Notes under the pieces: generated by a model
The model's input: the letters and a program-made list of their open reading frames with translations, nothing else
Databases searched by the model: none
What the model was told of the DNA's origin: nothing
In this document: positions 53,001-63,500 of the stretch, piece after piece
How positions within the stretch are numbered: position 1 is the stretch's first letter
Layout: each line of letters starts with the position of its first letter
Assembly (NCBI GenBank): GCA_964016885.1
Contig: OZ024744.1
Span: forward strand, 2,294,001 to 2,358,000
From: Eledone cirrhosa
Taxonomy: Eukaryota
Direction of reading: 5' to 3'
Length of the DNA: 64,000 bases
Translations under genes and position numbers: made by a program

Positions 53001-56000
53001 CACCAAGCTATCTTTCTCTACCTTGTCTTCCCTCAAAACTCCGTTCTTCATCAAGCTATCTTTCTCTACCTTGTCTTCCCCCAAAACTTCGTTCTTCACC
53101 AAGCTATCTTTCACTACCTTGTCTTCACCAACAACTTCGTTCTTCACCAAGCTATCTTTCTCTAGCATGTCTTCCCTCAAAACTTCCTTCTTCACCAAGC
53201 TATCTTTCTCTATCTTGTCTTCCCCCAACACTTCGTTCTTCATCAAGCTATCTTTCTCTACCTTGTCTTCCCTCAAAACGTCTTTCTTCACCAAGCTATC
53301 TTTCTCTACCTTGTCTTCCCTTAAAACTTCGTTCTTCACCAAGCTATCTTTCTCTACCTTGTCTTCCCCCAAAACTCCGTTCTTCACCAAGCTATCTTTC
53401 TCTACCTTGTCCTCCCCCAAGACTTCGTTCTTCATCAAGCTATCTTTCTCTACCTTGTCTTCCCTCAAAACGTCGTTCTTCACCAAGCTATCTTTCTCTA
53501 CCCATTCTTCCCTCAAAACTTCGTTCTTCACCAAGCTATCTTTCTCTACCTTGTCTTTCTCCCAAAACTTCGTTCTTCACCAAGCTATCTTTCTCTACCT
53601 TGCCTTCCCTCAAAACTTCGTTCTTCATCAAGCTAACTTTCTCTACTTTTTCTTCCTTCAAAACGTCGTTCTTCACCAAGCTATCTTTCTGTACCTTGTC
53701 TTCCCTCAAAACTTCGGTCGTTCTTCATCAAGCTATCTTTCTCTACCTTGTCTTCCCTCAAAACGTCGTTCTTCACCAAGCTATCTTTCTCTACCCATTC
53801 TTCCCTCAAAACTTCGTTCTTCACCAAGCTATCTTTCTCTACCTTGTCTTCCCCCAAAACTTCGTTCTTCACCAAGCTATCTTTCTCTACCTTGTCTTCC
53901 CTCAAAACTTCGTTCTTCATCAAGCTATCTTTATCTACCTTGTCTTCCCACAAAACGTCGTTCTTCACCAAGCAATCTTTCTCTACCTTGTCTTCCCCCA
54001 ACACTTCGTTCCTCACCAAGCTATCTTTCTTTACCTCGTCTTCCCCCAAAACTTCGTTCTTCACCAAGCTATCTTTCTCTACCTTGTCTTCCCTCAAAAC
54101 TTCGTTCCTCACCAAGCTATCTTTCTCTACCTTGTCTTCCCTCAAAACTTCGTTCTTCACCAAGCTATCTTTCTCTACCTTGTCTTCCCTCAAAACTACG
54201 TTCTTCACCAAGCTATCTTTCTCTACCTTGTCTTCCCCCAAAACTTCGTTCCTCACCAAGCTATCTTTCTCTACCTTGTCTTCCCTCAAAACTTCGTTCT
54301 TCACCAAGCTATCTTTCTCTACCTCGTCTTCCCCCAAAACTTCGTTCTTCACCAAGCTATCTTTCTCTACCTTGTCTTCCCTCACAACGTCGTTCTTCAC
54401 CAAGCTATCTTTCTCTATCTTGTCTTCCCCCAACACTTCGTTCTTCATCAAGATATCTTTCTCTACTTTGTCATCCCTCAAAACGTCGTTCTTCACCAAG
54501 CTATCTTTCTCTACCTTGTCTTCCCTCAAAACTTCGTTCGTTCTTCATCAAGCTATCTTTCTCTACCTTGTCTTCCCTCAAAACTTCGTTATTCACCAAG
54601 CTATCTTTCTCTACCTTGTCTTCCCCCAAAACTTCGTTCTTCATCAAGCTATCTTTCTCTACCTTGTCTTCCCTCAAAACGTCGTTCTTCACCAAGCTAT
54701 CTTTCTCTACCTTGCCTTCCCTCAAAACGTCGTTCTTCACCAAGCTATCTTTCTCTACCTTGTCTTCCCTCAAAACGTCGTTCTTCACCAAGCTATCTTT
54801 CTCTACCCATTCTTCCCTCAAAACTTCGTTCTTCACCAAGCTATCTTTCTCTACCTTGTCTTCCCTCAAAACTTCGTTCTTCATCAAGCTATCTTTCTCT
54901 ACCTTGTCTTCCCACAAAACTTCGTTCTTCACCAAGCTATCTTTCTCTACCTTGTCTCCCCTCAAAACGTCGTTCTTCACCAAGCTATCTTTCTCTACCC
55001 ATTCTTCCCTCAAAACATCGTTCTTCACCAAGCTATCTTTCTCTACCTTGTCTCCCCCAAAAGTTCGTTCTTCACCAAGCTATCTTTCTCTACCTTATCT
55101 TCCCTCAACACTTCGTTCTTCATCAAGCTATCTTTCTCTACCTTGTCTTCCCTCAAAACGTCATTCTTCACCAAGCTATCTTTCTCTACCTTGTCTTCCC
55201 CCAACACTTCGTTCTTCATCAAGCTATCTTTCTCTACCTTGTCTTCCCTCAAAACGTCGTTCTTCACCAAGCTATCTTTCTCTACCTTGTCTTCCCCCAA
55301 AACTTCGTTCCTCACCAAGCTATCTTTCTCTACCTTGTCTTCCCCCAAAACTTCGTTCCTCACCAAGCTATCTTTCTCCACATTGTCTTCCCTCAAAACG
55401 TCTTTCTTCACCAAGCTATCTTTCTCTACCTTGCCTTCCCTCAAAACTTCGTTCTTCATCAAGCTATCTTTCTCTACTTTGTCTTCCTTCAAAACGTCGT
55501 TCTTCACCAAGCTATCTTTCTCTACCTTGTCTTCCCTCAAAACTTCGGTCGTTCTTCATCAAGCTATCTTTCTCTACCTTGTCTTCCCTCAAAACGTCGT
55601 TCTTCACCAAGCTATCTTTCTCTACCTTGTCTTCCCCAAAACTTCGTTCTTCACCAAGCTATCTTTCACTACCTTGTTATCACCAACAACTTCGTTCTTC
55701 ACTAAGCTATCTTTCTCTAGCATGTCTTCCCTCAAAACTTCCTTCTTCACCAAGCTATCTTTCCCTACCTTGTCTTACCTCAAAACTTCGTTCTTCACCA
55801 AGCTATCTTTCTCTACCTTGTCTTCCCCCCAAAACTTCGTTCTTCACCAAGCTATCTTTCTCTACCTTGTCTTCCTTCAAAACTTCGTTCTTCACCAAGC
55901 TATCTTTCTCTACCTTGTCTTCCTTCAAAACTTCGTTCTTCACCAAGCTATCTTTCTCTACCTTGTCTTCCCCCAAAACTTCGTTCTTCACCAAGCTATC

Positions 56001-59000
56001 TTTCACTACCTTGTCTTCACCAACAACTTCGTTCTTCACCAAGCTATCTTTCTCTAGCATGTCTTCCCTCAAAACTTCCTTCTTCACCAAGCTATCTTTC
56101 TCTATCTTGTCTTCCCCCAACACTTCGTTCTTCATCAAGCTATCTTTCTCTACATTGTCTTCCCTCAAAACGTCTTTCTTCACCAAGCTATCTTTCTCTA
56201 CCTTGTCTTCCCTTAAAACTTCGTTCTTCACCAAGCTATCTTTCTCTACCCTGTCTTCCCCCAAAACTCCGTTCTTCACCAAGCTATCTTTCTCTACCTT
56301 GTCCTCCCCCAAGACTTCGTTCTTCATCAAGCTATCTTTCTCTACCTTGTCTTCCCTCAAAACGTCGTTCTTCACCAAGCTATCTTTCTCTACCCATTCT
56401 TCCCTCAAAACTTCGTTCTTCACCAAGCTATCTTTCTCTACCTTGTCTTTCTCCCAAAACTTCGTTCTTCACCAAGCTATCTTTCTCTACCTTGCCTTCC
56501 CTCAAAACTTCGTTCTTCATCAAGCTAACTTTCTCTACTTTTTCTTCCTTCAAAACGTCGTTCTTCACCAAGCTATCTTTCTGTACCTTGTCTTCCCTCA
56601 ACACTTCGGTCGTTCTTCATCAAGCTATCTTTCTCTACCTTGTCTTCACTAACAACTTCGTTCTTCACCAAGCTATCTTTCTCTACCTTGTCTTCCCTCA
56701 AAACTTCGTTCTTCACCAAGCTATCTTTCTCTACCTTGTCTTCCCTCAAAACTACGTTCTTCACCAAGCTATCTTTCTCTACCTTGTCTTCCCCCAAAAC
56801 TTCGTTCCTCACCAAGCTATCTTTCTCTACCTTGTCTTCCCTCAAAACTTCGTTCTTCACCAAGCTATCTTTCTCTACCTCGTCTTCCCCCAAAACTTCG
56901 TTCTTCACCAAGCTATCTTTCTCTACCTTGTCTTCCCTCACAACGTCGTTCTTCACCAAGCTATCTTTCTCTATCTTGTCTTCCCCCAACACTTCGTTCT
57001 TCATCAAGATATCTTTCTCTACTTTGTCATCCCTCAAAACGTCGTTCTTCACCAAGCTATCTTTCTCTACCTTGTCTTCCCTCAAAACTTCGTTCGTTCT
57101 TCATCAAGCTATCTTTCTCTACCTTGTCTTCCCTCAAAACTTCGTTATTCACCAAGCTATCTTTCTCTACCTTGTCTTCCCCCAAAACTTCGTTCTTCAT
57201 CAAGCTATCTTTCTCTACCTTGTCTTCCCTCAAAACGTCGTTCTTCACCAAGCTATCTTTCTCTACCTTGCCTTCCCTCAAAACGTCGTTCTTCACCAAG
57301 CTATCTTTCTCTACCTTGTCTTCCCTCAAAACGTCGTTCTTCACCAAGCTATCTTTCTCTACCCATTCTTCCCTCAAAACTTCGTTCTTCACCAAGCTAT
57401 CTTTCTCTACCTTGTCTTCCCTCAAAACTTCGTTCTTCATCAAGCTATCTTTCTCTACCTTGTCTTCCCACAAAACTTCGTTCTTCACCAAGCTATCTTT
57501 CTCTACCTTGTCTCCCCTCAAAACGTCGTTCTTCACCAAGCTATCTTTCTCTACCCATTCTTCCCTCAAAACATCGTTCTTCACCAAGCTATCTTTCTCT
57601 ACCTTGTCTCCCCCAAAAGTTCGTTCTTCACCAAGCTATCTTTCTCTACCTTATCTTCCCTCAACACTTCGTTCTTCATCAAGCTATCTTTCTCTACCTT
57701 GTCTTCCCTCAAAACGTCATTCTTCACCAAGCTATCTTTCTCTACCTTGTCTTCCCCCAACACTTCGTTCTTCATCAAGCTATCTTTCTCTACCTTGTCT
57801 TCCCTCAAAACGTCGTTCTTCACCAAGCTATCTTTCTCTACCTTGTCTTCCCCCAAAACTTCGTTCCTCACCAAGCTATCTTTCTCTACCTTGTCTTCCC
57901 CCAAAACTTCGTTCCTCACCAAGCTATCTTTCTCCACATTGTCTTCCCTCAAAACGTCTTTCTTCACCAAGCTATCTTTCTCTACCTTGCCTTCCCTCAA
58001 AACTTCGTTCTTCATCAAGCTATCTTTCTCTACTTTGTCTTCCTTCAAAACGTCGTTCTTCACCAAGCTATCTTTCTCTACCTTGTCTTCCCTCAAAACT
58101 TCGGTCGTTCTTCATCAAGCTATCTTTCTCTACCTTGTCTTCCCTCAAAACGTCGTTCTTCACCAAGCTATCTTTCTCTACCTTGTCTTCCCCAAAACTT
58201 CGTTCTTCACCAAGCTATCTTTCACTACCTTGTTATCACCAACAACTTCGTTCTTCACTAAGCTATCTTTCTCTAGCATGTCTTCCCTCAAAACTTCCTT
58301 CTTCACCAAGCTATCTTTCCCTACCTTGTCTTACCTCAAAACTTCGTTCTTCACCAAGCTATCTTTCTCTACCTTGTCTTCCCCCCAAAACTTCGTTCTT
58401 CACCAAGCTATCTTTCTCTACCTTGTCTTCCTTCAAAACTTCGTTCTTCACCAAGCTATCTTTCTCTACCTTGTCTTCCTTCAAAACTTCGTTCTTCACC
58501 AAGCTATCTTTCTCTACCTTGTCTTCCCCCAAAACTTCGTTCTTCACCAAGCTATCTTTCACTACCTTGTCTTCACCAACAACTTCGTTCTTCACCAAGC
58601 TATCTTTCTCTAGCATGTCTTCCCTCAAAACTTCCTTCTTCACCAAGCTATCTTTCTCTATCTTGTCTTCCCCCAACACTTCGTTCTTCATCAAGCTATC
58701 TTTCTCTACATTGTCTTCCCTCAAAACGTCTTTCTTCACCAAGCTATCTTTCTCTACCTTGTCTTCCCTTAAAACTTCGTTCTTCACCAAGCTATCTTTC
58801 TCTACCCTGTCTTCCCCCAAAACTCCGTTCTTCACCAAGCTATCTTTCTCTACCTTGTCCTCCCCCAAGACTTCGTTCTTCATCAAGCTATCTTTCTCTA
58901 CCTTGTCTTCCCTCAAAACGTCGTTCTTCACCAAGCTATCTTTCTCTACCCATTCTTCCCTCAAAACTTCGTTCTTCACCAAGCTATCTTTCTCTACCTT

Positions 59001-62000
59001 GTCTTTCTCCCAAAACTTCGTTCTTCACCAAGCTATCTTTCTCTACCTTGCCTTCCCTCAAAACTTCGTTCTTCATCAAGCTAACTTTCTCTACTTTTTC
59101 TTCCTTCAAAACGTCGTTCTTCACCAAGCTATCTTTCTGTACCTTGTCTTCCCTCAACACTTCGGTCGTTCTTCATCAAGCTATCTTTCTCTACCTTGTC
59201 TTCCCTCAAAACGTCGTTCTTCACCAAGCTATCTTTCTCTACCCATTCTTCCCTCAAAACTTCGTTCTTCACCAAGCTATCTTTCTCTACCTTGTCTTCC
59301 CCCAAAACTTCGTTCTTCACCAAGCTATCTTTCTCTACCTTGTCTTCCCTCAAAACTTCGTTCTTCACCAAGCTATCTTTCTCTACCTTGTGTTCCCCCA
59401 ACACTTCGTTCCTCACCAAGCTATCTTTCTCTACCTTGTCTTCCCTCAAAACTTCGTTCTTCACCCAGCTATCTTTCTTTACCTCGTCTTCCCCCAAAAC
59501 TTCGTTCTTCACCAAGCTATCTTTCTCTACCTTGTCTTCCCTCAAAACTTCGTTCTTCATCAAGCTATCTTTATCTACCTTGTCTTCCCACAAAACGTCG
59601 TTCTTCACCAAGCTATCTTTCGCTACCTTGTCTCCCCTCAAAACGTCGTTCTTCACCAAGCTATCTTTCTCTACCCATTCTTCCCTCAAAACTTCGTTCT
59701 TCACCAAGCTATCTTTCTCTACCTTGTCTTCCCCCAAAACTTCGTTCTTCACCAAGCTATCTTTCTCTACCTTGTCTTCCCTCAAAACTACGTTCTTCAC
59801 CAAGCTATCTTTCTCTACCTTGTCTTCCCCCAAAACTTCGTTCCTCACCAAGCTATCTTTCTCTACCTTGTCTTCCCTCAAAACTTCGTTCTTCACCAAG
59901 CTATCTTTCTCTACCTCGTCTTCCCCCAAAACTTCGTTCTTCACCAAGCTATCTTTCTCTACCTTGTCTTCCCTCAAAACGTCGTCCTTCACCAAGCTAT
60001 CTTTCTCTATCTTGTCTTCCCCCAACACTTCGTTCTTCATCAAGATATCTTTCTCTACTTTGTCATCCCTCAAAACGTTGTTCTTCACTAAGCTATCTTT
60101 CTCTACCTTGTCTTCCCTCAAAACTTCGTTCGTTCTTCATCAAGCTATCTTTCTCTACCTTGTCTTCCCTCAAAACTTCGTTATTCACCAAGCTATCTTT
60201 CTCTACCTTGTCTTCCCCCAAAACTTCGTTCTTCATCAAGCTATCTTTCTCTACCTTGTCTTCCCTCAAAACGTCGTTCTTCACCAAGCTATCTTTCTCT
60301 ACCTTGCCTTCCCTCAAAACGTCGTTCTCCTCCAAGCTATCTTTCTCTACCTTGTCTTCCCTCAAAACGTCGTTCTTCACCAAGCTATCTTTCTCTACCC
60401 ATTCTTCCCTCAAAACTTTGTTCTTCACCAAGCTATCTTTCTCTACCTTGTCTTCCCTCAAAACTTCGTTCTTCATCAAGCTATCTTTCTCTACCTTGTC
60501 TTCCCACAAAACTTCGTTCTTCACCAAGCTATCTTTCTCTACCTTGTCTCCCCTCAAAACGTCGTTCTTCACCAAGCTATCTTTCTCTACCCATTCTTCC
60601 CTCAAAACATCGTTCTTCACCAAGCTATCTTTCTCTACCTTGTCTCCCCCAAAAGTTCGTTCTTCACCAAGCTATCTTTCTCTACCTTATCTTCCCTCAA
60701 CACTTCGTTCTTCATCAAGCTATCTTTCTCTACCTTGTCTTCACTCAAAATGTCGTTCTTCACCAAGCTATCTTTCTCTACCTTGTCTTCCCCCAACACT
60801 TCGTTCTTCATCAAGCTATCTTTCTCTACCTTGTCTTCCCTCAAAACGTCGTTCTTCACCAAGCTATCTTTCTCTACCTTGTCTTCCCTCAAAACTTCGT
60901 TCTTCACCAAGCTATCTTTCTCTACCTTGTCTTCCCCCAAAACTCCGTCCTTCACCAAGCTATCTTTCTCTACCTTGTCCTCCCCCAAAACTTCGTTCTT
61001 CATCAAGCTATCTGTCTCTACCTTGTCTTCCCTCAAAACGTCTTTCTTCACCAAGCTATCTTTCTCTACCTTGTCTTCCCTCAAAACTTCGTTCTTCACC
61101 AGGCTATCTTTCTCTACCTTGTCTATCCCCAAAACTTCGTTCATCACCAAGCTATCTTTCTCTACCTTGTCTTCCCTCAAAACTTCGTTCTTCACCAAGC
61201 TATCTTTCTCTACCTTGTCTTCCCTCAAAACGTCGTTCTTCATCAAGCTATCTTTCTCTACCTTGTCTTCCCCCAAAGCTTCGTTCTTCACCAAGCTATC
61301 TTTCACTACCTTGTCTTCACCAACAACTTCGTTCTTCACCAAGCTATCTTTCTCTACCTTGTCTTCCCTCAAAACTTCGTTCTTCATCAAGCTATCTTTG
61401 TCTACCTTGTCTTCCCACAAAACGTCGTTCTTCACCAAGCTATCTTTCTCTACCCATTCTTCCCTCAAAACTTCGTTCTTCACCAAGCTATCTTTCTCTA
61501 CCTTGTCTTCCCCCAAAACTTCGTTCTTCCCCAAGCTATATTTCTCTACCTTGCCTTCCCTCAAAACTTCGTTCTTCATCAAGCTATCTTTCTCTACTTT
61601 GTCTTCACTCAAAACGTCGTTCTTCACCAAGCTATCTTTCTCTACCTTGTCTTCCCTCAAAACTTCGTTCGTTCTTCATCAAGCTATCTTTCTCTACCTT
61701 GTCTTCCCTCAAAACGTCGTTCTTCACCAAGCTATTTTTCTCTACCTTGTCTTCCCCCAAAACTTCGTTCTTCACCAAGCTATCTTTCACTACCTTGTCT
61801 TCACTAACAACTTCGTTCTTCACCAAGCTATCTTTCTCTACCTTGTCTTCCCTCAAAACTTCGTTCTTCATCAAGCTATCTTTATCTACCTTGTCTTCCC
61901 ACAAAACGTCGTTCTTCACCAAGCTATCTTTCTCTACCTTGTCTCCCCTCAAAACGTCGTTCTTCACCAAGCTATCTTTCTCTACCCATTCTTCCCTCAA

Positions 62001-63500
62001 AACTTCGTTCTTCACCAAGCTATCTTTCTCTACCTTGTCTTCCCCCAAAACTTCGTTCTTCACCAAGCTATCTTTCTCTACCTTGTCTTCCCTCAAAACT
62101 ACGTTCTTCACCAAGCTATCTTTCTCTACCTTGTCTTCCCCCAAAACTTCGTTCCTCACCAAGCTATCTTTCTCTACCTTGTCTTCCCTCAAAACTTCGT
62201 ACTTCACCAAGCTATCTTTCTCTACCTCGTCTTCCCCCAAAACTTCGTTCTTCACCAAGCTATCTTTCTCTACCTTGTCTTCCCTCAAAACGTCGTTCTT
62301 CACCAAGCTATCTTTCTCTATCTTGTCTTCCTCCAACACTTCGTTCTTCATCAAGCTATCTTTCTCTACCTTGTCTTCCCTCAAAACGTCTTTCTTCACC
62401 AAGCTATCTTTCTCTACCTTGTCTTCCCTCAAAACTTCGTTCTTCACCAAGCTATCTTTCTCTACCTTGTCTTCCCCTAAAACTCCGTTCTTCACCAAGC
62501 TATCTTTCTCTACCTTGTCCTCCCCCAAAATTTCGTTCTTCATGAAGCTATCTTTCTCTACCTTGTCTTCCCTCAAAACGTCGTTCTTCACCAAGCTATC
62601 TTTCTCTACCCATTCTTCCCTCAAAACTTCGTTCTTCACCAAGCTATCTTTCTCTACCTTGTCTTCCCCTAAAACTTCGTTCTTCACCAAGCTATCTTTC
62701 TCTACCTTGCCTTCCCTCAAAACTTCGTTCTTCATCAAGCTATCTTTCTCTACTTTGTCTTCCTTCAAAACGTCGTTCTTCACCAAGCTATCTTTCTCTA
62801 CCTTGTCTTCCCTCAAAACTTCGGTCGTTCTTCATCAAGCTATCTTTCTCTACCTTGTCTTCCCTCAAAACGTCGTTCTTCACCAAGCTATCTTTCTCTA
62901 CCTTGTCTTCCCCAAAACTTCGTTCTTCACCAAGCTATCTTTCACTACCTTGTCTTCACCAACAACTTCGTTCTTCACCAAGCTATCTTTCTCTAGCATG
63001 TCTTCCCTCAAAACTTCCTTCTTCACCAAGCTATCTTTCCCTACCTTGTCTTACCTCAAAACTTCGTTCTTCACCAAGCTATCTTTCTCTACCTTGTCTT
63101 CCCCCCAAAACTTCGTTCTTCACCAAGCCATCTTTCTCTACCTTGTCTTCCTTCAAAACTTCGTTCTTCACCAAGCTATCTTTCTCTACCTTGTCTTCCC
63201 TCAAAACTCCGTTCTTCATCAAGCTATCTTTCTCTACCTTGTCTTCCCCCAAAACTTCGTTCTTCACCAAGCTATCTTTCACTACCTTGTCTTCACCAAC
63301 AACTTCGTTCTTCACCAAGCTATCTTTCTCTAGCATGTCTTCCCTCAAAACTTCCTTCTTCACCAAGCTATCTTTCTCTATCTTGTCTTCCCCCAACACT
63401 TCGTTCTTCATCAAGCTATCTTTCTCTACCTTGTCTTCCCTCAAAACGTCTTTCTTCACCAAGCTATCTTTCTCTACCTTGTCTTCCCTTAAAACTTCGT
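50020..63500. repeat. Dispersed direct repeat: ~50.0-53.35 kb recurs at ~60.1-63.5 kb (offset ~10.0-10.2 kb)
   Basis: ORF pairs 50021/60093 and 50563/60635 (offset 10072), 51608/61632 (10024) and 52911/63079 (10168). Shared rare alleles: TTCCCCAAGCTATAT (~51503/61527), CATGAAG (~52373/62541), TCTTTGTCTAC (~51371/61395). Confidence 0.88.
54109..59203. repeat. Apparently identical tandem duplication of 2,556 bp, with a partial older copy at ~52.5-53.75 kb (offset 2892)
   Basis: ORF pairs 54501/57057, 55043/57599, 55803/58359 and 56492/59048 are all offset 2556. The rare alleles CTCCACATTG, TTGTTATCACC and TACCCTGTC are in both copies. Confidence 0.93.

Noticed and set aside
8-63333. Giant + strand ORFs (up to 4540 aa, e.g. 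38882-52504 and 32185-42519) as protein genes
   Set aside because: The consensus has no TAA/TAG/TGA in any + frame, so all three frames are open at once. The ORFs switch between the LSSLKTSFFTKLSFST, HQAIFLYLVFPQNFVL and SSPSYLSLPCLPSKLR repeats at every indel. The extensin-like and membrane-like looks are compositional artefacts.
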